DNA from: Anthoceros angustus
Taxonomy: Eukaryota > Plantae > Anthocerotophyta
Reading direction: 5' to 3'
Assembly (NCBI GenBank): GCA_010909165.1
Contig: VJWM01000044.1
Span: 992,001-1,056,000, forward strand
Length of the DNA stretch: 64,000 nt
Below, one piece after another: positions 28,948 to 40,611 of the stretch (position 1 is the first letter of the stretch; the number at the start of each line of letters is the position of its first letter). The notes beneath the pieces were generated by a model. It saw nothing but the letters and a program-made list of their open reading frames with translations. It was not told the DNA's origin and made no database searches. The translations under genes and the position numbers were made by a program.

Positions 28948-30283
28948 TCAGGGAAAGCGGGTGTTGGCGTTGAGCTTGAGGGACTGGAGCATCCAGTCAG
29001 CGATTTCATCCACCAGCTTGTCCACGTCCTGGACGATCTGGTCGCGCAGCTGGGAGGAGGCGGAATCCGACACGCTGCGCACCACATCGGCGAGCGGGGT
29101 GCCGGCCGCGAAGCTCTCCAGGAAGCGGCTCCCGCGGCTCACGGCGTCCGCCACGCCGGGCGGCACCTGCGGGAACACCTGCTGCAGCGGGCGGCCGTGG
29201 TCTCCGGGCAGCGTCCGCACCGACATGTCGAGGAACGCACTGACGGCGGAGTCGGAGCCCAGGGTCTGCGCCAGCTGCAGGGTCTCGTCGATGGAGTCGT
29301 CCTTGAAGCGCACCAGCAGGTTGCGGCCCACGCCGTAGTAGGTCTTGATGAGGCGGCTGGTGTCCTCGGGCGAGGGCACGAAACGGTCCTTCCCGTTGGC
29401 CAGGTCCGCGTACAGCGGCGGCAGCTGCTCCACCAGCGGCAGCACCTGCTTCACCAGCGGCGGGCTCAGGCTCTGCAGCTGCCGCAGCGCCATCTCCGCC
29501 CCCATCCGGAGCTGGGGGGAGGACGTGAGCGGGGTGAGCAGCGGCCCCAGGTTCTGCGCCATGGGCACCACCAGCGGCGCCAGCAGCGGGATGGACGTGG
29601 TCGCCTCCTTGTTGTTGAAGGACAGGAACACGTTCCCCGCGCGCTCCACCGCGTACCTGGCCCCGATCAGCAGCTGCGTCAGCGCCCCCAGCGAGTGCCC
29701 GACCCCGAACACCGGCGGCAGGGCGGGGAGCCCCAGATCCCTCGCCACCTCCCGCACCGCCCTGTCGAACTTGAACTGCACCTCGTCCGCGATCCGGAGA
29801 TGGTCGAAACCGCTGGCGAAGGGCGTGGCGATGATGAGGAACCCTCGCTCCGCCAGCCGCTCCAGGAAGAGGCGGTAGGTCAGCTGCGGTGTCGCGCCTA
29901 CGAACACCCTCCCACGAAGTGCACCACTCCCGCCGCCTCCCCTGGCTCGGCCCCAGCACCCACGCCCCCTGCACCTCCCGCCATCGCCCTTCCCCCTCCC
30001 CTTGTGACCTCTTGGCCGACTCCGCAATCACCCGCTCGATCTGCCCGTAGAGCTGGATGCTGGTGGTGCTGTCGTTCCCACTTCCGCTGCTGCTGCTCCC
30101 GCTACCGTCCGCCTCCCTCCCGGATTGCGCGAACGCCAGCACCAGCCCTGCCCTATGCCGCATCTGCATGCGCAGCCGGGGCGGGCCCATGCTGCCCCCT
30201 CCATGCCCATGCCATCTCCGCTGCCGGGCTCCCGACACGGCGCCGCTCCCGGGAGCACAGCTGCATACCCGGGCCAGCTCCAT
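28948..30283 (-). CDS. DUF1350 family protein (likely plastid-targeted), intronless, with two apparent 1-nt deletions
   Basis: The N-terminal frame (MELARV...IQLYGQIER...WREVQGAWVLGP) joins GVVHFVGG and VFVGATPQLTYRLFLERLA...GFDHLRIADEVQFKFDR...GVGHSLG only with 1-nt additions near 29933 and 29908. ATG at 30283, stop at 28948. Confidence 0.85.
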
Positions 30284-30398
30284 CGCATCTGCGTCCAAGC
30301 CCTTGGTCTGGGAGCCCTGTAGGCTGCCGTGCCGCCGCTACCTACCACTCGTCACCACCGGGGTTCGCGTGAGAGGAAAGTTTCCGAGTGAGAGAGAG

Positions 30399-31462
30399 AT
30401 GGCAGAAGAGGGGAGCCTGTGACGACGGAGGGCGATGGCCCCGGGAGGGGAGGGGGCCGGGAGGAGAGCCTGGGGGCGGCGCTCACGTCCGCCTCGGCCG
30501 TGGTGTCGGAGGCGGTCACCTTCCCCATCGACATGACTAAGACCAGGCTGCAGCTGCAGGGAAGGCGTGGGGGCAGGAAGGGAGCGACGGGATGGCGGCG
30601 GGGATCGTGCGAAAGGAGGGGGTGGTGGGTTTGTACCGGGGGCTGTCTCCCGCGCTGCTGCGCCACGCCTTCTACACCAGCACCAGGATCGTCACCTACG
30701 AGCAGCTGAGGGAGGCTGTGCAGGCGCAGGGTGCAGGGCCAGGGCAGCAGGAGCAGAAGCAGAAGCAGCGGCCTCCGGTTGCGGTGACGGCGCTCATCGG
30801 CGGGCTGTCAGGGATGTTTGCTCAGGTAGGGCATTGGAGGAGTGACGCATCCCTTTGCCTGACCCGTCCTGGGGCATTGAGGTTACAGAATCCGTGTGTT
30901 GTCGCAGGTGATTGCCAGCCCTGCGGACCTGGTGAAGGTGCGGATGCAGGCCGACGGGCGGCTGGTGAGCCTGGGGCAGGCCCCGCGGTACAGCGGGATT
31001 GCGGACGCCCTGTCCAAGATAGTGAAGGCGGATGGTGTGGCAGGCCTCTGGAGGGGAGTGGGGCCTAATGTGCAGAGAGCCTTCCTGGTGAACATGGGGG
31101 AGCTGGCTTGCTACGACCAGGCCAAGCAGCTCACCATCCGGCATGGCCTGTCAGGTGATAATGTTTTTGCCCACACCATAGCTTCCCTCATGTCAGGGCT
31201 TGCAGCCACCGTCCTGAGCTGCCCTGCCGACGTAGTCAAGACCAGGATGATGAACCAGGCTTCCAGCGTCGGTGGAGCAAATGGTGCTGCTGCTGTTTAC
31301 AAAAACTCGCTGCATTGCTTGAAACAAACTGTTAGGGCAGAGGGTGTACGTGCCCTGTGGAAGGGTTTCTGGCCGACATGGGCAAGGCTCGGTCCCTGGC
31401 AATTTGTGTTCTGGGTGTCTTATGAGCAGATGCGGCGTATCTCGGGGCTATCGTCTTTCTGA
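30399..31462 (+). CDS. PUMP3: Mitochondrial uncoupling protein 3 (PUMP3/UCP3-like carrier)
   Basis: Three carrier motifs (FPIDMTKTRLQ, SPADLVKVRMQ, CPADVVKTRMM), plus RAFLVNMGELACYD and the end WARLGPWQFVFWVSYEQMRRISGLSSF. One intron at 30826-30907. Frame breaks in G-runs near 30410 and 30560-30592. Confidence 0.92.
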
Positions 31463-31868
31463 CTCTTCCCTTCGCCTTGTCGGAAACAATCTCACGACCT
31501 TGCTCTTCCCTTCTCCTTGTTGGAAACGATCTGATGACCTTGTTAACACCCTTCTAGCAAATCAGTGATCGACAGCACTCCAGTGTTGGGGCCCCTGCTG
31601 CCTGCCTGCGCTCTATAGAAGGTAATTCCCCATCTTTGTGTGTGAAGGAGTGAATTATATCACTCCAGCTTTTCTGTTCAAGCTGGTGGACGAGAGCTTC
31701 CAGTCAGAAAACGAGCCCCATACATGTCACGGCTGCCGTGGTCATGTGCAGACGGTAGTCGTGTCAGTGACTCAGCCTGAAGAACCCGATTTTTAGTAAA
31801 GACCAGTTCTTCCCACATAGGTAGTATCAATGAAGCGAGCGATGGACACTTTATTGTAAAAAAAAGAT

Positions 31869-31985
31869 GGGAAAATCTATCTACAGCGTGACAAAGGGGA
31901 CAAACTTGAGAAAATCTATCTACACCGAGACAAAGGGGACAAACTTGGGAAAATCTATCTACACCGTGACAAGGGGGACAACATA
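31869..31985. repeat. 39-bp tandem repeat, about 3 copies
   Basis: The unit GAAAATCTATCTACA(G/C)CG(T/A)GACAAAGGGGACAAACTTG repeats with few substitutions. Confidence 0.9.
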
Positions 31986-33116
31986 CGAGGTCACAAGACC
32001 ATGGGGATTAAAACTCGTTGTTGTCCTTCCTATATTCCGTGTTGGCCAACGGTGTTAGGACAATGGACACCCACTACCTGAAGAAACAATGAACCCGCAG
32101 CCTGCATCTTCTGTGATGTGATTCGTTATGTGATATTACCATATCCTGAGAAGTGATTCGAAATTAATTAATTAAAATTAGCAAAATTGAAAATCTACAA
32201 ATTACTACACTTAAAATGCTAAATGTGTAAAAATTTACGAAACAAGAAAACTGGGGTTTGTGTAGGAAATTAGGGCCTGTTTAGGGGAGGTCTATACATA
32301 TCCATTAGTTCTATAGAGAGATACCTATGTATTCTAATGAATGTTGAAATTTGATAAAAAGAAATTTCAAAAATATTAAAATATAAATATTTATGTTGAA
32401 CTTTATTTTTTCAAAAAATAATTATTTTGATATTACCCTATTGAATCACCCCTCGAGGTATATACGGGAGATGTGCTTGTTCACAGGGTGATATTATTAT
32501 ACAGGGGTGCTAATCTTATACGAAGATCGAAAGAGGATAGGGGAGTGCTAAGAGTGATATTATACGCCGGCTTACACGAAGAACGATGTAAATAAGATAC
32601 AGCAGTGGTAACAGGGATATTATACGTGGGTGCTTATTTTATATGAAATCAGAAACGCTAGGAGAGCGAGACATGTAGGTCGGGCACCGGCACCGGCACC
32701 AACACCGGCTGGCGGCGGACAGTGGCGCGGCATACTGACATGGGATTTAGAAGGCCCGGGTGGTGGGTCCCACGTACTTTTGGGAGTGGAGCTCTTATTA
32801 ATTGGTGCGGAGATTTAGCACCTGTGACCTGCCCAAGTGCATTGATAGCAGCAATTGACACTGGAACTACTTCCACCACTGCGGAGTTTGATGAGGCAGG
32901 GGCGTTACGTTGACCTGCAAGGACAGAAATCGGGGAGGTTATGAAGTGTGGCCTCGACTAGTGTGCATCAATATGAAGACAGCATTCAATTCAAGCCGGT
33001 GGTGCCGCACGATTATTGAAGAATGTCCTCAGGGGAAGCACCTGGAAAGAAGGATATACATACATACATACACAGGGCAAGCTAAACTGCGAGTCTCATG
33101 TCTCTGTTGCCCTCTG

Positions 33117-35567
33117 TTAGGTGCTGCTGCGTCTCCGTTTCCCTTCGCGTGCACCTGAAGCCGCATTCCTGCTGAATTCAGGAGAGGACTGGGATGTTCC
33201 ACCTGCTGATGAATGCTCAGCGTGCGCTTGGGCTCCCTCCGAGCCCCCAACCGGTTCGGCTGACGGATCAGCAGTCGCAGCTTGTTCTCCATGCACCTCA
33301 CTTGTACCTTCTCTCCTCTCGGGTATTGGTTGTTTCTCACCTCCGACGCTGCTCTTGCCAGCTTCTGGAGCACTCAACACACAATTCGTTCAGCGGGGTT
33401 GGCAACAAGTTAATGCGATGCGATGGGATGGGATGGGATGCAATGCGCTGTGCGCTTAGCTGACGAATTCGAACTCTAAGGTTGTAACAGTCGGAACCGG
33501 CCTGCGCGCTCAAATTCGGGATCTGGATCATCTGCAGCGCCACCGAGTCCGGGAACTGCATGCACACACAAACAGACATCACAAGGATGGAAGTTAGTAC
33601 AAATGCGGTATCGGAAGGAGCATGCAGTTCGAATTTGAACTTGCTCTAGCCTCTGGCAATAACTAGCTGTAGTACTGTCATGTGAAACTGATGCCTCAGT
33701 CCCACGCGCAAAAACAAATAGGCTCCCTCTCTAAAAAAAATGGGCTTGCTTGCTTGCTTTAATAAGCGTGGCCAAGAGGAGGTTCCAAAGCAGCACCGGA
33801 GGTGATGAGGTCCAATTGCAGAAGCTTCAGTAGGCGCCCAATGTCCACTGCACTTGTCCAATTTACAGGTCCGTAACCACTGCCGAGCTTGAGCCTGCCC
33901 CGATTTGCCGTCCCTCCCCAGATTATACCAATCGGCCTAGGTTTATCATGGGGTTCTTTCGGACATAGGATAACCAAACTGCCACTGTCCCCTTCCAGAT
34001 CAAAGCTTTGCCTGTCCTTCCCTACGATGAGGAGGTCCGTGAAAAAACACATGCCGTTCTCATCATTGTTCTCCACTGCATAAGCCATAATGACGCCCTT
34101 TGTGAGACCGGAACTCCTACCCACCTTCACCACGTGCTTCCCCACCACGTTGTCAATGGAATCCTGCAGATCAATGTTCATGACATCCCCAATCTCCCCG
34201 ACGCCCTTGATGGATGTGGAGATATTGGCCAAGTCAAACGAGTCTGCGAAAGGAATGAAGGCTCCATCCGCCCGCACAAACGACTCTGCCGAGCCACAGA
34301 GCGAGGGTGGCACCCGAGGGCTTGTTAGAGTTCCCAGTGCACACATACACACACACACACACACACACAGGCGGGTGGTGAGAAACCTGACCTGCATTCA
34401 TGCCCGCGAAGATGCCATACCAGAGGTCATCCGATATAAAAGACGTCGCCCGCTCCACCGCCCCCAAGAACACCCCTGGCCCGAGGTTGGGCGGCAGAGG
34501 ATGGAACATCTTCTGATTAGGATAGTCAAGGTCCACCGCCACATGTCGGTTGGTTAAGAAGCCCAGCTGCCTGTCGCCGATCTGGCTTCGAACCACAGCC
34601 CCGATCGTCCCATACGTCTCCTGACTGGCAACCTGGAGGAGGCACGACGCAAACCCAGGATGAACATCCACATCCACAACCGCCCACCAGGAGGTATGAA
34701 GGGTAGGGCCCAAACCCACCCACTCACTCACCAAAAACCCACCTGCGAGCCGGAGCCAATGCAAGGGTCGTTTCCTCGCAGCCCCTCCACCAAATCGCTG
34801 TGCACCTGTTCCTTCTGGCTCCCCGCGGGCGCGGTGTAATGCGAGAATTCCAGCACATCCACGTCGCACCACACACCTCCAGGGCCCTGAACCACCCACC
34901 ACGGGGCATCATTCAGGCGGCAAGAGAAGCGCACGCACACTACTCCAGGCTAGTAGATTTGTCGGTATACCTCGAGGATCGAGGGCAGCTTCTGCACCTC
35001 GAGCAGCCACTGCATGTGCACCTTGCGCGCCACAAAGACGATGATGGCGGGCGTGGTGGTGAGCACCCCGCCGCGAATTCGGAATCCCAGCGCGGAGCCC
35101 AGGCTGTGGCGACGCAGCGCCTTGCTGTGGAAGGCGCGCACCATCATGAGGTCCAGGATGGTGGTTGCCTGCTGCCGCTTGGGCACGTAGATGGTGAGGT
35201 TGCCGTCGGTGCCGGCGTCCCGGAGCAGGCCGTTGAAGTAGGCGGCCCGCTCGTCGGCGCAGCCATTGCTCTCCCGCCGCGAGCTGGGCCACTGCAGGTA
35301 CGCCGCGCCGCTCTCAGCATGCTGGCAGCCCGACGCGAATCCCTGCAGCGACGCGCTCTCGGACTGCAGCCGGCTGAGGGGCGCCGTCGACTGCACGGCC
35401 CCGACCCCGGCCCCGGCCCCGGCGCCCTGGCCCTGGCCCTGGCCCGGGCCCCAGCCCCCCTCCTGGGCCAGGGCTTGGGCCTGGCAGAATTTGCAGCCCC
35501 CGTCCCGCGGAATTGGAGTGGGCAGGGCGTGCCGGTGCGCCGCCCGCAGCATCAATGTGATGTCCAT
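33117..35567 (-). CDS. NAL1: NAL1-like trypsin-family serine protease
   Basis: Exons 35567-34971, 34886-34743, 34632-34392 and 34285 to about 33790 give RAFHSKALRRHSLGSALGFRIR, GPGGVWCDVDVLEF, GFLTNRHVAVDLDYPNQK, RADGAFIPF and DLEGDSGS (His/Asp/Ser triad). C-terminal exons are uncertain; the likely end is GKRRRSST at 33117. Confidence 0.93.
34337..34368. repeat. (CA)n microsatellite in a NAL1 intron
   Basis: Run cacacatacacacacacacacacacacacac. Confidence 0.9.
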
Positions 35568-35897
35568 CGCGCCTCCCGGCGCCTCCCGCTGCCTCCCCTC
35601 TTCTCCTACGCTGCGGCCTCGGCACTGGCGTCGTCCATCGTCCTTCGCCTCTGCTTCCCCCGCTCTCTTCGACGCCCAAGGATTCCGCTTCCCGACTCAA
35701 CTGCCCGGTCATGCACCTGTCAGTCCCCCGAACAGCTCGCAATCAACGTATCTCCCGCCCGGTGACCCGGTTCAGCCGGTCGCTTCGTTATCCACTTCAC
35801 ACCCCCAGTAAACTTGCACACCCCCGGAATAAAAAATGCTCCGTTCAGTACACTCTTTCCTTAACGTGAAGACGACAGTAGCTCTGTGCACTCGCCA

Positions 35898-38800
35898 TCA
35901 CGTTGTGCGCCTCTTCTTGCCGGCTCCTTCCTCTTGGAGGGGCCGCCTCCCACTCCGCTTCATGAATTCCGCCATCGAAGGAATGGAGGGCAGCGCGATG
36001 GCGGATTCCTCGCTCCGCCGATCTCGCATTCTGAGTCCTTCCGGCAGCAGGGGGAGCCGCGTGCCGAGACCGCCGACCAGCCGCCCCCCGCCTCCCTTCC
36101 CCTCCGCCTCCGCCTCCTCCTCCTCTTCCTCCTTCAGTGCCGGTCCGGAAGCGGAAGCTGACGCCGCTGAAGCTGTCGCTGACGCTGACGCTGCCGCTGC
36201 CGCTGCAGGAAGAACCCTACCCTGGAGCTCCTCCTTGGAGCAGGATGAAAGCCACCGGATTGTGCTAGCCAGTTGCGAGTTGTAGATGGTGCGTCCCGCC
36301 TTGCCGTACTTCTTGCAGCAATTTTGTTCAAGGTTCGCGGCCGCGAACTCCGCGTCCAGGCTCCAGCTGCATCCAAGGTCAGGTAGGCGTTTCAGTTCGG
36401 GTGATCCGCGAATTGGTGAATCGAGGGCGGGAGCGAGGTCAGGACGGCTTACTCTACACGCTCCGATGCTCGAGCCACGGCGCTCTGCAGCCGCTGTCTT
36501 GCGATGTCTCTGGAACTCTCGGGCACGATTTTCTTGTCTTGTAAGCTAGATTTCTGCAGGACTCCATCATCGGTGGAAGCTGCACACACGTCAGAAAGAC
36601 GTTCTTCTTGCGTTGCTTGACATCGACAAAGAGCACGCGTGGGCCGACTTGCCTCTTCTCGAAGACCTTGTCTGCGGGAATAATCCTCCTCCGCTCGAAG
36701 CAGGGCGTCCACCTTCTTGTCCACTCTAGCTTCCTTCTGCTTCCTCACAGCCGCCGCTGCTTCCGCCTCAGCTTCGTCTGCACTTCCAACAGAGCTAGTC
36801 ACTTTCCAGAATTCCTACCTCCTATACACGTTCTGGAATCGGTTGCTACCTTCTTCCGAGTCTGAGATCTCATCTTCGGAGCCGTCACCATCCTCATCGT
36901 CCTCATTTGTCCAGAACTCGCTGGCGGTTTGCCACCAGTTAGCGTTGTTCTGATTGCTGGAGGATACAACCATCTACGCATTAGCTGATCGCGATCACAT
37001 CCTCCGACACAACCTCGTCCTGCAGAAGGCACAAGAGGGGAACCTGACTACAATCGACGCAGAAAGACCGCGGATATGGCTATTGTTCCGCTTTGCTTCG
37101 GCCAATTCTTCAAGTTGTTCGCAGATTCTCTTCGGAAACCTACAAGCATCACAGGTCTTGTTGCACTTGTCCAAGGAAACCTGAGACAAGCCATCGGCCT
37201 TGGACAGGTAAACACCGGCTCCGTCAAGTACATTGACCCAACAGAGGGTAGCACATACAGATTCTCACCTGCTCGCCAAAATGTGCCAGAACTTTTTGTC
37301 TTCGGCAACCTTCACCCTCACAGTAATTCACCATCTATAAGAACCAATTTATGAGGACACCTATAAGCTCAACGTCTTCTTGTCACAACAAGGCCACAAG
37401 CAAGCAAGTCCAAGGACGACGGCAAAATTCAGTTGGAAAGCTGGAATGTTGCAGCAGATTTACGCACCTGCGCAAACGCCTCCAGAGCAGGATTCGGACC
37501 TGCATTTGATTTTGTTTTGCCGATTTTCTTCTTCGCAGCTTCTTTCGTCAGGATAAACTCCTTGAATCACCAAGAAGACGACCTTCAGCATGACTGATGA
37601 AGTGACTATAATGATCAAGGGGAACAATATAAGGGAGACTGGAGTACCATAATCCTCTTGTCCTCAAGGCCATAGTAGAGAATGCTCCTTGCTGGCTTTC
37701 TGTCCCGTCCAGCTCGGCCAGACTCTTGGTAAAAGCCTTCCAGTGTCTTCGGCATATTAAAATGGCATACCAGCCGCACATCTTTTCTGTCAATGCCCTG
37801 TGCCATTTAATGCCAGAATCCATGCGGTAAGTCACACAAGCAGATTAGCAGACTTCTACACTGCTCGTGTATTGAAAGCACGTCGGAAGCGGAACGTACC
37901 ATTCTATTAAGAGGCGCCAGTGGTCGTGGTTCCATGCCCACACAACAGCAATAGTGTTAAAAAAGAGTGATACTTCCAAGTGAACTTGCTGGGCATTGTC
38001 AGTTGGCATGCACGTATGCAGATAACAGTATGGCAAATTACTGGCAGGTAAGAAAAAGGTTTGAAATTCAGAGCAACATTACAGACAGACCCGAAAGCTA
38101 CAGTTGCCACCATGACTGGCACTTCGCTGCTTGTCCACTCATCCAGTGAGCAACTTCGTTTGTTATCACTCAGACCTGCATGATAAACTAGAGAAAGGAA
38201 ACGAAAGTCAACCATTCAGGCTAGGAAGAACTTTGGTCAAGAAGCTGCACTTACGCGGAAAGCTTTTAAGGAGAAGAGAGTACAGAGGGATAACAATATG
38301 AAGCCGCTGCACCTACCTCTACAAGAGATTCCATCCTTCAGCAGGCGGCTTCCAATATCATCACAAGTAGCACGAGAATGACAATAGATAATGGCACACT
38401 CCTTGGGTGCTTTTTTCAGCGTGTTCAACAAGTCTACATACGAGTCTTTCAACACATCCTTGTAACGAACTGAAACCAAAAAAAAAAAAACAAGCCATGG
38501 ACACAAAAAGATGAAGTTAAATCGAGGGGTGGCAGCATGCTAAGTATACAGACTAGACGTCACATAAGAAACCACTACTACCTTCGTAGTAAATATTGTG
38601 ACGATTGAATGAAGAAATAAGGACGCGAGGCTCTCTCAAGCACAATGAAGTAATGATATCCTTTTGAACTCTGTGGATGAATACCAGTGACGCAGTCACG
38701 AACCAAAGCTTCTGAAAGGCGTAGTCAGTCCTTTCCTCTAGACAGTAACAATTGGATTAAAGCCAGGTAACGACTATGTGACATCCTAACAAGAACGCTG

Positions 38801-40159
38801 AAGATTGGAACCATTGGGGTCAGATGTTACTTCGCTGATGCTGTAGCAGTCAATGCCAACAAAGGAATGCCTGAAAGAGTGTACCGCAGAGAAGATAACT
38901 TCCGATAACTGGGTCTGAAATAAGCCAATTCCAGGTCTGTCATACTCGTGTGCTAGGCTTGCCCATTGTATTTTCAACATGCTTGAAGAGAACGTAGGGC
39001 ATATCAGCCCTAAGGGACAGACCTGAAATCATGTCCCCATGAAGAAATACAGTGGGCCTGCATAATACTCGTGAATTATCAGCAAATGGACGTGAATGCA
39101 AACGTGGACTTGGTGGACAAGGCTGCGATGACTACCTCATCTATGGCGATGAGTGTCAACAAACCCCTGCGATGTAGCTTCTTCAACTTTGCAAGGAAAC
39201 CAGCGGTGGCAATCAGTTCAGGAGTCACATACAGGAGCCTCAACGATGGCTTGCCAGACTCCAGCTCTTCATATATCTGATGCCATACACAACCCTTGCC
39301 TCACGTGACTGCTGAACACAGTGGACAACATTTGAGCAACGTGACTAGCTAACAGAACAGGGAGGTAGGGCTCTTTCCAGGACGGCATCGCAATTACCTT
39401 GGACTTTACATCTTGACTCTGTGTTGATGACAGATATTCCGCCGATATCTTTTGTGCCTTGAGAGCTGAGACTTGACTTTCCTGCTCGCCAAAACCCAAC
39501 CCGCTCCACAGATTAACAGACCTGCCGACTCAAATGACAAGCTCTCTCTCTCCCTCTCCAGCCTCCTTGCAACACTCTGAAGGAAATTCGAAACGTAGGA
39601 GAACAAGCATACCATCAAAGCTGTGCCCAGAGAAGCAACCGTGACATTCAACCAACCAACCAACCCACAAAGTCTGTCAGTCTTACAGCCGGCAGACAAC
39701 ACAAATTGCATCAACAAACTCGAAACTAAAAAGGGTTCCAGATCAGATGCCCTCAAAATGCAAATGCTAACAAACATACCAATCAACGGGGAAACCACGA
39801 GCACAACCCCTGGCCTTGCCAATGCTGGTAATTCATAGCACATGGACTTCCCACCACCTGTTGGCATCAAGCACAGACAGTCCTCCCCTGCAACCAACAA
39901 AGACAGCCTCAACAACCTCTTCAAATCGAACCCACAACCCAATTTCAAATCAACCTCAGATGAGCCTGAATCATTCCGGGCTCTCACCTGAGAGAACGGC
40001 TTCGATGACCTCCAACTGCCTGCCTCTGAAACTGGAATACCCAAAGTGCTGCTGAAGCAGCACCAGCAGCTGGTCCCCATCAACACGGGATCCGGACTTT
40101 TTGCGGGTACCTGCGAGCCCATCCTTGGCAGAGCTAACCGGGAGTACACCCTTCTTCAT
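35898..40159 (-). CDS. RECQL3: RecQ-like helicase 3, many exons including two microexons
   Basis: ATG at 40159 (MKKGVLP...[15 protein letters not shown]). Motifs: [88 protein letters not shown] zinc YCEGEGCRR...[29 protein letters not shown] and [10 protein letters not shown]. Stop at 35898-35900. Confidence 0.95.
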
Positions 40160-40611
40160 ACTTCGCATGGGCTCCGTACATCAACTCGGGTACTTGGGCA
40201 AAATTTCCGCTACCACACATACATACAATCAGATGCCGATGCGGATGCAAATGCGGATGCCATGACATACGTAAACTGCCATACGGAAAGCTGCCATATC
40301 AAATGCACGGAGAACTGAGAACGTAGCACCCAGGTTAACCTAGATCGAATTTTAGTACCAGCGCAAGTGATGTACAAGGTGGATAAGGGGCACGTGGTGA
40401 AATGAGGGCTCGACAAGCACGGCAAACGGAAATCCCGACTCCTTGCTTAACAGATAACCAACTCAGAGTGAGGGGTAAGGTGATGTACTAATCCTCTGTT
40501 ATCTTCTGATCACATCGCGTCGCGGGCGCTGTTCTTGATTCTCCAAGGCCCGGCTTTCTCATCTGTCTTTGCTCCTCACCACCCGTAGCACGCAATTGGC
40601 GGAGGCTGGAG

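Noticed and set aside
29197-30372. 391-aa + strand ORF and the long 29006-30298 frame
   Set aside because: These are antisense or shifted shadows of the GC-rich DUF1350 gene; only the first ~125 aa of the minus frame are real.
32440-32650. GATATTATACG/GTGCT subrepeats suggesting a Tc1/pogo-type MITE
   Set aside because: Repeated words are visible, but I could not find terminal inverted repeats or a TSD.
33759-33790. NAL1 truncated at a stop after LEPPLGHAY
   Set aside because: A usable GT donor exists a few codons earlier and a plausible C-terminal exon ends at 33117. Unresolved splicing is more likely than truncation; cDNA is needed.
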